From: Allocoleopsis sp.
GTDB lineage: Bacteria; Cyanobacteriota; Cyanobacteriia; FACHB-46
Direction: 5' to 3'
Assembly: GCA_036703355.1 (NCBI GenBank)
Contig: DATNPE010000423.1
Coordinates: 1-40,369, forward strand
Length of the DNA: 40,369 bases
Part shown: in pieces, positions 1 to 8,794 of the stretch
Layout: every line of letters begins with the position of its first letter
Position numbering within the stretch: the stretch's first letter is position 1
The notes under the pieces: model-generated
Seen by the model: the letters and a program-made list of their open reading frames with translations, nothing else
Databases searched by the model: none
What the model was told of the DNA's origin: nothing
Program-made: the position numbers and the translations under genes

Positions 1-2
1 CT

Positions 3-434
3 CTGACTACCGGGTTCCATATGATTTGGCACTGGCCGATTCGCGGCAGCTACAACATTGCCTTTGGCGAAACCACGGTTCTGTTTGGCATCTTGTTTGT
101 GGGAGCATCCTTGGCGCTAGCTTTAGGCTGGGATCTCCTCACGGTAGCGATTTATGCCTTTTTTGCAGGTGTCACTTCGATCTTGATTGGGATTCGCATC
201 ATTGATTTAGAAATGACTCGTCGCCCACTCATTTCTGGATTGGGGTTTATTTTGACGGGTTTAGGCGGGGTTTGCGCCGCTCCAGCTCTGTACTGGAAGA
301 CCAACCGGGCGTTTCGTCTGGCAGGGGTGGGAGTACTGGCGATCGCCGCCGCAATTTGGGCCTTTACAGGCTATATGGCCTACTGGGGCCACCTGGAGGG
401 TTCTGCCAACTGGACACCTCCCGGAATGCAGTAA
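3..434 (+). CDS. DUF981-like integral membrane protein (5' truncated by window edge)
   Basis: Frame is open back to the window start (LTTGFHM...). Several hydrophobic helices; WPIRGSYNIAFGE motif resembles DUF981. Confidence 0.7.
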   Translation: MTTGFHMIWHWPIRGSYNIAFGETTVLFGILFVGASLALALGWDLLTVAIYAFFAGVTSILIGIRIIDLEMTRRPLISGLGFILTGLGGVCAAPALYWKTNRAFRLAGVGVLAIAAAIWAFTGYMAYWGHLEGSANWTPPGMQ

Positions 435-483
435 GCCACTTAGATAAGAGTGGTGTGCTGATTGAGTGAGAGCCTAGCCAATT

Positions 484-1176
484 CTAGTTAGGGCATAACC
501 CGTTCTGGCACTCTGGCCCACGGGCAATATGGGCATCATAGAAAGCTCTAACAGCGGTGGGATCATAGCGATCGAGCTGCTGCAAATAGCCCCAAGCAGT
601 CAGCGCGATCGCGGTATCCATATTTTGGCGCGGGGTCAAGATAATCCGGGCATTATTTTTGCTCAGTTGGCGTACCTGAGCCTTGATTTGCTCCAACACC
701 TGCCCTTGAATCTGGTCGGGTTTATAGCTAATAATTACGCCGCCATGCTCCAAGTTATGCACCAATCGTTCGTCTAACGGAGCTTGGGCATGAATGCCCC
801 ATTGTGCCTCAATGGCGTAGTGGGGGCCAGAAGTGGGAGGGTTCGAGTTGTATTTGACCTTTTCAGTTTCGGGGACGTGATCTTGACCTAGTTTGGGGAG
901 AGCAGTACCGGGTAACTTCGTATTGGCAGGTTGAGGCGGCAAAGCAGAGCCAGGTGTATCCACCGTAAAAAACTCATCTCCAGTAGAGGCTTGAGTTTTT
1001 TGTTGGCTCATGGCCTTGGCAGCTATTGGCTGAGCGCTGGTCTCTGGCAACTGCCGAGTGCAACCTACGGCCGCGAATCCCCCAGCTACCAAAATGGGGA
1101 TCAAGAACCAACGGCTGGCTAGCAATTTGCCTTGTCTGGCTCGGTTGCGCTTTTGCAGTTTTGTTGATTTGTTCAC
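484..1176 (-). CDS. DUF3105-like exported/lipoprotein
   Basis: GTG start; basic N-terminus, hydrophobic segment and lipobox-like AVGC; motifs YNSNPPTSGPHY, VHNLEHGGVIISY and LTAWG. Confidence 0.8.
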   Translation of the reverse strand: MNKSTKLQKRNRARQGKLLASRWFLIPILVAGGFAAVGCTRQLPETSAQPIAAKAMSQQKTQASTGDEFFTVDTPGSALPPQPANTKLPGTALPKLGQDHVPETEKVKYNSNPPTSGPHYAIEAQWGIHAQAPLDERLVHNLEHGGVIISYKPDQIQGQVLEQIKAQVRQLSKNNARIILTPRQNMDTAIALTAWGYLQQLDRYDPTAVRAFYDAHIARGPECQNGLCPN

Positions 1177-1257
1177 CTAATTTCCCCTAGCCTTTCTGAG
1201 TCTGGTCGCTGGATAGCCCGGAGTCAGGCGCAGCTACTTTCATGCTAGATGAAATTG

Positions 1258-1656
1258 TCAGTTTCCTTGAACTCCCGCAAATTGCAGGCTGGGACTTGCG
1301 GTCTGAGATGAAGCTTGACTTTTTTCCTGCAAAAAGAGGAATCCTGCAATCTGGCGGTACTCTAGAATCAATTGTTCACAGGCGATCGCACATTTTTGCA
1401 GGCGACCGTCTGGGTATTTTTCGCACTCTCTGGCGCAGACATCCGCCAAGTCTGCACAAGCTTGAGCCATCAAAGCCACAAAGCGAGGACCGCGATTGGT
1501 GATAGTGGCAGCACAAATCCAACACAGATCAGCACAGTCTCGGCAAAGACTCACGACTTCTGCGAGGTCAATAGACTGAATCTCTGTAGCTGCCTGACAC
1601 TCTAAAGCGCAATGGTTAATCGCATCTAAAAAAGATTGATATTGATGATAAGTCAT
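1258..1656 (-). CDS. Cys-rich four-helix bundle copper-binding protein (Csp/DUF326-like)
   Basis: CxxxC/CxxC periodicity (CALEC, CRDCADLCWIC, CADLADVCAREC, CAIAC); 11 Cys; no signal peptide. Confidence 0.75.
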   Translation of the reverse strand: MTYHQYQSFLDAINHCALECQAATEIQSIDLAEVVSLCRDCADLCWICAATITNRGPRFVALMAQACADLADVCARECEKYPDGRLQKCAIACEQLILEYRQIAGFLFLQEKSQASSQTASPSLQFAGVQGN

Positions 1657-1757
1657 TTAAAAATCAGCCGAATGCTTCTAGTTTGCTTATCGGCTGAAAT
1701 GACAAAACTTGCATCGCCCCTAAGCGGCACCTCTGAAGTTAGAGAGGCGGCACGGAA

Positions 1758-2306
1758 TTAGCCAGGATTAACACGCATCAAGACCTGGCCGTATTCCACG
1801 GGTTCGCCATTCTGCACCAGAATTTCCATGACTTCGCCGCTGACTTCTGCCTCTAACTCATTCATCAGCTTCATGGCTTCGATAATGCAGACGGTTTGGC
1901 CGTTACGAATGCGATCGCCCACATCTACAAAAGGCGGTTCATCGGGAGCAGGGGCGCGGTAGAAGGTACCCACCATCGGTGAAGTCACATCCAACCACTT
2001 GCTCTTATCGATCGCAGGAGTGGCAGGAGTGGCCGCAGCAGGGGTCGCGGCTCCCGTGTCGGTTGTTGCACGAGCCTCTGGTGCAGGCAGTGTGGGGCTG
2101 GGAAGAATCGTGGGTGGGGCCAATTCCACACTCGGAACACCGCTGCTACCAGCCAACTTGGACTCAATAGCCGTCCCTTGACTACTGACTGCAACTCCCT
2201 TGCGAACTGTGAGTTCAAAGTCAGCGCTTTTGATGGTCAACTCGCCAATATCAGTTTGGCCCAGAGTGACTAGTAGGTTGCGGAGTTCTTCAAAATTCAA
2301 TTGCAC
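1758..2306 (-). CDS. accB: Acetyl-CoA carboxylase biotin carboxyl carrier protein
   Basis: EAMKLM biotinylation motif, SPMVGTFY, Pro/Ala linker; follows efp as in other cyanobacteria. Confidence 0.97.
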   Translation of the reverse strand: MQLNFEELRNLLVTLGQTDIGELTIKSADFELTVRKGVAVSSQGTAIESKLAGSSGVPSVELAPPTILPSPTLPAPEARATTDTGAATPAAATPATPAIDKSKWLDVTSPMVGTFYRAPAPDEPPFVDVGDRIRNGQTVCIIEAMKLMNELEAEVSGEVMEILVQNGEPVEYGQVLMRVNPG

Positions 2307-2417
2307 AGTGTTTATGACCCCAATCCAATGAGCTGCTTTCCATCAGCTCGTCTTTACTGAATCCACCTTGTCAGCAGTGTAATTTAGCACAGGACTCACA
2401 AGGTATTAATAAGAGCT

Positions 2418-2981
2418 TTAGTCTTTTTCACGACCGAGATAGGTGTCGTTGCGAGTATCAATTTTGATGCGCTCTCCAATCGAAATGAAGAGGGGCACCA
2501 TGACTTGAGCACCCGTCTCGACAATAGCTGGTTTAGTGCCACCTGTCGCAGTATCGCCCTTCACACCCGGATCGGTTTGAGTCACTTCTAAAACCACCGA
2601 GTTAGGCAGTTCCACTTCCAGAACTTGGTTGCCCCAGCGCACCACGTTGACTTCCATGCCTTCTTTGAGGTACTTGACGCGATCGCCAATCTGGGACGCA
2701 CTCAAGCGGCCTTCTTCGTAACTTTCCATGTCCATAAAGACGAAATCTTCGCCGTCTTTATAGGTATGTTGCATCGTGCTCTTTTCCAAATTGGCCTGCG
2801 GCACAACCTCTCCAGCACGGAAGGTTCTTTCTACAACGTTGCCATTTTGAGCGTTCTTCAACTTGGTGCGAACGAAGGCAGATCCTTTACCGGGTTTGAC
2901 GTGGAGAAATTCCACAACTCGCCACACGTTGCCATCTAATTCAATTGTGACGCCGGGTCGAAAGTCATTACTGGAGATCAT
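2418..2981 (-). CDS. efp: Elongation factor P
   Basis: [10 protein letters not shown] start (ATG at 2981 preferred to the ORF-track start at 3005); [12 protein letters not shown] and [15 protein letters not shown]. Confidence 0.98.
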   Translation of the reverse strand: MISSNDFRPGVTIELDGNVWRVVEFLHVKPGKGSAFVRTKLKNAQNGNVVERTFRAGEVVPQANLEKSTMQHTYKDGEDFVFMDMESYEEGRLSASQIGDRVKYLKEGMEVNVVRWGNQVLEVELPNSVVLEVTQTDPGVKGDTATGGTKPAIVETGAQVMVPLFISIGERIKIDTRNDTYLGREKD

Positions 2982-3183
2982 GAATCTTGTGTCTGGGCAG
3001 AACAATCGGCACCCTATTGTACCGCTGAGCGGGTACTTCCCAGAACTCTTCTTCGAGAAGATCTCTCTATCCCTCGCTAGAGCGCTCTAGGGGGAAACAC
3101 TGTGGCAAGATTAAAAATGGAATTTCCAGAACCTTTGAATGAATCGCAACCGGAACCAGGACAAGGCACACGGGGATGAATTT

Positions 3184-4314
3184 ATGCTGCATTTAAGTCG
3201 TTGGCGGCTCACTTCGCGCCAGAGCTGGCTAAAGTTAGGTTTCCTAGCATTTCTGCTGATGATGCTGTCTGTCAGCTTTAGTCCAGTCGCATGGGCTGCC
3301 GATCGCGTCAGCCGATTGCCTGCTGGGAACGCAATCACCGATGGTAAGGCGTTGTTGCGCTATGCCTTGCCAATTGATAACAAAGACATTAGAAACGTCC
3401 AAACCAGTCTCGAAGATATCACCACACAGCTACGTGCGAATCGTCGCTGGGGGGCGATTTCCAAAGATGCTAGTAAAGCCGCTTCCATTTTGACTAAAAA
3501 CCAAACGGCGTTGCTCGCCAGTATTCCAGCAGACCGTCAATCAGAAGCAGAAGCGCTGTTGGCAGTGATGCAGCAAGAGGTAACTGAGTTGCAAGCTGCG
3601 GCTGAAGCCAAAGACAAGGAGCAAATTCGTCAGAAGCAAGCTCAACTGCTAGACCATGTGGGTGAGCTAGAAGAGGCGATGGTCCAAGAATTTCCCTTCG
3701 AGGTGCCAGCCGAGTACAGTAACCTGCCGCAACTGAAAGGCCGCGCCACCGTCGCAGTGGAAACCAACAAAGGGCCTTTAACGGTGGTTGTCGATGGCTA
3801 CAGTGCTCCTGTTACGGCGGGCAACTTCATCGATTTAGTGCAACGTGGTTTCTATAACGGCCTGGAGTTCACCAGAGCCGAAGACTCCTATGTGCTGCAA
3901 ATTGGTGATCCACCCGGACCAGAGGAAGGGTTTATTGACCCCAAGACTGGGAAGTACCGTGCTGTCCCCTTGGAAGTGTTGGTTCAAGGAGATGATGCTC
4001 CTACCTATGGCATCACTCTAGAAGATGCAGGCCGCTACAAAGATTTACCTGTCCTACCCTTCTCGGCCTTTGGGGCACTGGCTCTGGCTCGCCCTGGAGA
4101 TGATCCGAATGGCGGTTCCTCGCAGTTCTTTTTCTTCTTGTTTGAACCAGAACTGACCCCCGCTGGCTTGAACTTGCTCGATGGTCGTTATGCCATTTTT
4201 GGCTATGTAACTGAAGGCAAACCAATCCTGGATGAACTGAAAGCTGGGGACAAGATTATCTCGGCCAAAGTGATTCAGGGCGGAGAGAACTTGGTGCAGC
4301 CCCAAGCTGCTTAA
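3184..4314 (+). CDS. Thylakoid-lumen cyclophilin, CYP38/TLP40-like peptidyl-prolyl isomerase
   Basis: Signal peptide ending AWA, LPAGNAITDGKALLRYALPI helical domain, cyclophilin core (DGYSAPVTAGNF, GGSSQFFFF, LDGRYAIFGYV). Start could be 3139 or 3184. Confidence 0.9.
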   Translation: MLHLSRWRLTSRQSWLKLGFLAFLLMMLSVSFSPVAWAADRVSRLPAGNAITDGKALLRYALPIDNKDIRNVQTSLEDITTQLRANRRWGAISKDASKAASILTKNQTALLASIPADRQSEAEALLAVMQQEVTELQAAAEAKDKEQIRQKQAQLLDHVGELEEAMVQEFPFEVPAEYSNLPQLKGRATVAVETNKGPLTVVVDGYSAPVTAGNFIDLVQRGFYNGLEFTRAEDSYVLQIGDPPGPEEGFIDPKTGKYRAVPLEVLVQGDDAPTYGITLEDAGRYKDLPVLPFSAFGALALARPGDDPNGGSSQFFFFLFEPELTPAGLNLLDGRYAIFGYVTEGKPILDELKAGDKIISAKVIQGGENLVQPQAA

Positions 4315-4335
4315 TCCAACACTCGTTATGCTGTG

Positions 4336-4377
4336 GGTAGGGAAGTTATTGAACTAACTTTTCTACCTTTTTTCTTT
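4336..4377 (+). terminator. Intrinsic terminator after the cyclophilin gene
   Basis: 13-bp stem GGTAGGGAAGTTA/TAACTTTTCTACC (2 G-U pairs), 6-nt loop, then TTTTTTCTTT. Confidence 0.85.
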
Positions 4378-4400
4378 GCAGAGGCAGCTAGCTAGGGATT

Positions 4401-4718
4401 GTGGGTATGGTGCTTATCGAGTTGGTGTTTGCGATCGCTCTAGGCGTTTTTGTCGTGCTACTACTGCTCAATTCCCTGCAGCGCGATCAACAGCAGCAAC
4501 GGCTCCGCAATGCCTTTTACCAGCAGCTAGAGGCAGGGAATGGCTATATTTCACTCATTCAGCTAGTGGCTGCCGCAAAAGTAGATGCCGCCTTGGCCCG
4601 ACAATTTCTTGAAGACCAAGCCCAACTCTTAACCGCAACCCCCGAAGTGGATGCGGACGGCGACACCTTCTACCGCTTCCCCAAACTTCGTCCCAGTGCT
4701 CAACAACCTAACTCGTGA
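4401..4718 (+). CDS. Hypothetical membrane-anchored protein
   Basis: N-terminal TM helix and small soluble domain; stop overlaps the thiL start (GTGA). Confidence 0.75.
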   Translation: MGMVLIELVFAIALGVFVVLLLLNSLQRDQQQQRLRNAFYQQLEAGNGYISLIQLVAAAKVDAALARQFLEDQAQLLTATPEVDADGDTFYRFPKLRPSAQQPNS

Positions 4719-5767
4719 AAGATTTATTGACGCTGCAAGATTTAGGTGAGCAAGGTCTACTGAAGTGTTTGCAGCGCTTTTGCCCACCAGAAATTGTCGG
4801 GGATGATGCTGCCGTTCTGCCAAATCAAGCAGGACGCGATTTGGTGATTACCACCGATGTTTTAGTGGATGGGGTGCATTTTAGTGTGGGTCTAGCGTCT
4901 CCCGGTGTTTGTACCACGGCTCCAGCAGATGTCGGTTGGCGCGCCGCCGCCGCTAACCTCTCAGACTTGGCTGCAATGGGTGCGACTCCTTTAGGCATCA
5001 CCGTTGGCTTGAGCGCTCCTGGTCATACCCCTGTCGCTTGGCTTGAGGAAATTTACCAGGGTCTAACCGCTTGTTTGTCTCCCTTCCACACGCCAATTGT
5101 TGGTGGGGACATCACGCGATCGCCCATCCTCACCTTAGCCATCACAGCCTTTGGTCAAGTGGCACCCAACCAAGTAATCCGCCGCTCTACTGCCCAACCC
5201 GGAGATGCGATCGTGGCGACAGGTTGGCACGGTGCTTCCAGAGCAGGGTTAGAACTCCTACTCCATCCCGAATTAGGCCAAGAACTAAGCGAGAGCGATC
5301 GCACCTTCCTCATCCAAGCCCACCAACGCCCCACCCCCCGCCTCGATGCCCTACCAATCCTGAGACAAGCATTATCAACTCAATCCAAAATCCAAAATCC
5401 AAAATCCAAAATTCCACAAGTTGCTGGTATGGATAGCAGCGATGGTCTCGCTGATGCGATCGTGCAGATTTGCCACATGAGTGGTGTAGGTGCAAGAGTT
5501 GAGCGTAGTCAAATCCCCATTCCACCTGCTTTAACTCGTTGGCAACCTCCTAAGCAGGCAATGCATTGGGCGCTATATGGTGGAGAAGATTTTGAATTGG
5601 TGTTGTGCCTAGAGCCAAATGCCGCTCAAGCTTTAGTGGATCAGTTGGGGGAAGGGGCCGCGATCGTGGGGACGATTACTGCGGAACCTGACATTCTATT
5701 GATTGATACGACAGGCCATCAACCCGATGAAGCTTTGACACTACAAAAAGGTTTTCAGCATTTTTAG
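4715..5767 (+). CDS. thiL: Thiamine-monophosphate kinase
   Basis: GDDAA, TTDVLVDGVHF, NLSDLAAMGA, GGD, DSSDGL and GGEDFEL motifs. Confidence 0.96.
   Translation: MKDLLTLQDLGEQGLLKCLQRFCPPEIVGDDAAVLPNQAGRDLVITTDVLVDGVHFSVGLASPGVCTTAPADVGWRAAAANLSDLAAMGATPLGITVGLSAPGHTPVAWLEEIYQGLTACLSPFHTPIVGGDITRSPILTLAITAFGQVAPNQVIRRSTAQPGDAIVATGWHGASRAGLELLLHPELGQELSESDRTFLIQAHQRPTPRLDALPILRQALSTQSKIQNPKSKIPQVAGMDSSDGLADAIVQICHMSGVGARVERSQIPIPPALTRWQPPKQAMHWALYGGEDFELVLCLEPNAAQALVDQLGEGAAIVGTITAEPDILLIDTTGHQPDEALTLQKGFQHF
5382..5416 (+). repeat. Heptamer tandem repeat (STRR-like) inside thiL
   Basis: (AATCCAA)x4 plus AATTCCA, encoding QSKIQNPKSKIP. Confidence 0.9.
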
Positions 5768-5778
5768 ATTTGCAGTGG

Positions 5779-6114
5779 CTAGACTCGTAAACCAAAGTAG
5801 GTCAGCACCAAATCCGTAGAACCGCTGTTGGTAATCTCATGGACCTCTCCCGGTTCAACCGCAATGCAAGTGCCGGGTTGCAATGGATATTCTTGACCAT
5901 CGATGCGAATGACACCTGACCCAGATTCCACAAAAAAGACTTCGCACATGTCTTGATGAGCATGGGCTGTAGCCACTTGACCCGGTGCAAAGTAAGACTG
6001 GGAAAAATTGGTTAAGTGCGGTAAATCACCTGAGCGCAGCATCACCTTTTTCTGAATGGCTGGGTTATGGGAAACCTGTTCTGCGGCTAAGTTGCTGAGG
6101 GAAGTGAGTTTCAT
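5779..6114 (-). CDS. Cupin domain protein
   Basis: HAHQDMCEVFFVESGSG and VEPGEVH cupin metal motifs. Confidence 0.9.
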   Translation of the reverse strand: MKLTSLSNLAAEQVSHNPAIQKKVMLRSGDLPHLTNFSQSYFAPGQVATAHAHQDMCEVFFVESGSGVIRIDGQEYPLQPGTCIAVEPGEVHEITNSGSTDLVLTYFGLRV

Positions 6115-6153
6115 AATTGGCTAGGTGGCGGGTGACGACAAAAGTGGATGCCT

Positions 6154-6183
6154 AAAAAAAGGGACGCTCTTGTCGAACGTCCC
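6154..6183 (-). terminator. Intrinsic terminator downstream of gap2
   Basis: Minus strand reads GGGACG-N11-CGTCCC followed by T7. Confidence 0.8.
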
Positions 6184-6316
6184 AGGTTTGAATGTAGATA
6201 ACGGTTGCTTCAGCAGATGGAGTTGCGATCGCTTAGCGAATCGCCCACCCTCTTAATTTCAATTTTAGGTGAGAGCGATCGCGCCCAGCGACAAGCTAGA
6301 ACGCATCAGCGTTAGT

Positions 6317-7330
6317 CTAGGCTTGCCATTTTTTACCAACGGTCTCAGCGAGGTCAACCACACGTTGGCTGTAACCCCACTCGTTGTCGTACCAAGCGAC
6401 CACCTTCACCATGTTGCCGCCCATGACCATGGTCAGCTCAGCATCCACGATAGATGACTCGTCAGTACCCCGGTAGTCGGTGGAAACCAGAGGTAGGTCA
6501 CTGTAAGCCAAAATTCCTTTGAGTGGGCCTTCAGAAGCTGATTTCAAGGCAGAATTCACTTCTTCAGCGATCGTGCTCTTCTCAACTTCTACAACCAAGT
6601 CCACGATAGAAACGTTGGGGGTAGGTACGCGCAGTGCAATCCCGTTGAGCTTGCCTTTGAGTTCGGGTAGAACCAAGGCAACCGCTTTAGCAGCACCCGT
6701 GGTGGTAGGCACAATGTTCATTGCCGCAGCCCGCGCCCGACGCAGATCTCGGTGGCTGGCATCCAACAAGCGCTGGTCACCTGTGTAGCTGTGGGTGGTA
6801 GTCATGGTGCCTTTGACAATACCAAAGGTCTCATGCAGAACCTTGGCAACGGGGGCTAAGCAGTTGGTGGTGCAGCTGGCGTTACTGATAATGACATGCT
6901 TGACAGGGTCGTAATCTTTATCGTTTACACCCACGACGAAGGTGCCATCATCTCCTTTACCGGGAGCTGTGATCAGTACTTTCTTGGCACCCGCGTTTAA
7001 GTGCTTAGAAGCTCCTTCCCGACTGGTGAAAACGCCAGTGGACTCAATGACCAAGTCAATGTCCCAAGCTGCCCAAGGCAAGTTTTCAGGGTTACGGTCA
7101 GACACACACTTGATGGTTTTACCGTTGACAGTGATGGAGTTGTCATCGGCGCTGATATCAGCATCGAATTTACCCAACATGGTGTCATATCTGAGCAAGT
7201 GGGCGTTGGTTTTTGGGTCAGAGGTATCGTTGATAGCGACTACTTCAATATGGCTATTTTCTCTACCTATCCAGCATCGCATGAAGTTACGTCCGATGCG
7301 TCCAAAGCCGTTGATCGCTACTCTAATCAC
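6317..7330 (-). CDS. gap2: Glyceraldehyde-3-phosphate dehydrogenase, cyanobacterial Gap2 (Calvin-cycle type)
   Basis: [17 protein letters not shown], and the Gap2/GapA-type S-loop [19 protein letters not shown]. Confidence 0.96.
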   Translation of the reverse strand: MIRVAINGFGRIGRNFMRCWIGRENSHIEVVAINDTSDPKTNAHLLRYDTMLGKFDADISADDNSITVNGKTIKCVSDRNPENLPWAAWDIDLVIESTGVFTSREGASKHLNAGAKKVLITAPGKGDDGTFVVGVNDKDYDPVKHVIISNASCTTNCLAPVAKVLHETFGIVKGTMTTTHSYTGDQRLLDASHRDLRRARAAAMNIVPTTTGAAKAVALVLPELKGKLNGIALRVPTPNVSIVDLVVEVEKSTIAEEVNSALKSASEGPLKGILAYSDLPLVSTDYRGTDESSIVDAELTMVMGGNMVKVVAWYDNEWGYSQRVVDLAETVGKKWQA

Positions 7331-7567
7331 TGCGTCTTGCCCTCTGTGTTACTAAAGTCGGTAAATAGCGAGTAATGACTCCAGATCATATCGCAAAGCA
7401 TGCCTATTTCGAACTTGCCGTCAGTGCTTCAGAACACTGGATAAGCTCTAAATAAACGAAGAAATCCAAAAAAATTCCTAATTTAACTGAAAATTCATCA
7501 ATTTCAATTTTCAGCGATGACTGAGGCTCCTAGAAGCAAATGACTTTGAATATGTAGATGTGAGAAC

Positions 7568-8296
7568 TCACGATTGATTGGGCTTGAGTGGGCGATCGCT
7601 ACCATCACTACCATTTAGAGAATCCTGCAAAGCGTCTTGATAAAGATGGTGAGTGTTGATGTAAGTTCGGACTGCTTCTGGGACCAAGTAGCGAATCGAA
7701 TGGGACTCTCGGCAGTACTGACGAATCAGGCTGGAAGAAACACCGCATACAGGCATTGATAACTGTTGCCACTGCATATTAATAGACTGCTGCATCATCA
7801 TGGCCACCACTTCTTGGCAACTGGCAATCATGGCAGAAGTCCAACCTAGTCCCGCTGTTGGCTCGTGGCTGGAATGCCAAGACTTCATAGATTGTGTCCT
7901 AGGTGCCACTAACCACTGACAAGTTGTTGCCAGTTCGAGATGGCCATACCAGCGGGGTAACGTTTGAAATGCATCTAAGCCGATAATCCAGTACCACTGA
8001 ACAGTTAGATAAAGTTTTTGTAAATCTTTGAGCGTGGCGATCGCATAAGAAGGCCCCATCCGATTGGCTTCTATTGCAGTGACCACAAAGGCAGGGTGAT
8101 CTGCGATCGCTTGTTGCACCATTTGGAGGCGATGGGCAAAATTACTACCGAGTTGTGGAGACTTATGAGGCGCTAGACGGCTCGGTACCCAAATCACTTG
8201 GTCCAGTTCTGCTTGCTGCAACGCTGCCTCAGCCATCAGAAGATGACCCCAATGAATTGGGTCAAATGCTCCGCCCAAAATTGCCACTTTCTGCAT
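7568..8296 (-). CDS. nadD: Nicotinate-nucleotide adenylyltransferase
   Basis: GGAFDPIHWGH (HxGH), IIGLDAF and SSSLIR motifs. Confidence 0.95.
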   Translation of the reverse strand: MQKVAILGGAFDPIHWGHLLMAEAALQQAELDQVIWVPSRLAPHKSPQLGSNFAHRLQMVQQAIADHPAFVVTAIEANRMGPSYAIATLKDLQKLYLTVQWYWIIGLDAFQTLPRWYGHLELATTCQWLVAPRTQSMKSWHSSHEPTAGLGWTSAMIASCQEVVAMMMQQSINMQWQQLSMPVCGVSSSLIRQYCRESHSIRYLVPEAVRTYINTHHLYQDALQDSLNGSDGSDRPLKPNQS

Positions 8297-8744
8297 ACTA
8301 AACTGACCGCTTCTCCAAGCGCTGATCCGCTCAGATCTTAAACTCAGTCACCGTTCTGTAACACTCCGTTGCTGTGATCCTGAGGTCCGTGAAACTAGAT
8401 GGTTTATCTCCGTACAAACCCTAATTGCAATCATGAAGGCTAGTTGTAGGATGCAGAAGAACTGCTAAAAAACCTAGAAACTACGGAGAAATTCAAAGAG
8501 AAAATTATCCTGATCAAGGATAGTCCGAGCTAAGCCCAGTTAATTGATTCTCAGTATGTTTTTTCGGCAGATTTCCGGATCTAGAGTCAATTAGACGAGT
8601 AAAGATAAAAACAGTCTAAGGATAGAAAACTCTATCCAATGGGAGCAATAGGAATAGCTAATTTGCAGCAGAAAAGCTTTAAGAAGGTATTCCTCCTCCC
8701 AAGAGGTAAATACTGGATGGGCTGTATCGCGAAAAAGCAATTCT

Positions 8745-8753
8745 TGATATGAT
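8745..8753 (+). promoter_or_regulatory. Putative extended -10 promoter of murC
   Basis: TGaTATGAT about 40 nt upstream of the ATG; AAGGAG RBS at 8784-8789. Confidence 0.5.
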
Positions 8754-8794
8754 ATCGCGTGTTATTGGTGTGGTGTGGTGTGTAAGGAGCTCAA

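Noticed and set aside
5071-5436. 121-aa alternative-frame ORF in thiL crossing the heptamer repeat
   Set aside because: Low-complexity His/Pro/Ser sequence with no RBS; thiL is intact in its own frame.
6519-7375. Antisense ORFs over gap2 (89, 137 and 124 aa)
   Set aside because: Shadow ORFs opposite a highly conserved, codon-biased gene; no recognisable motifs.
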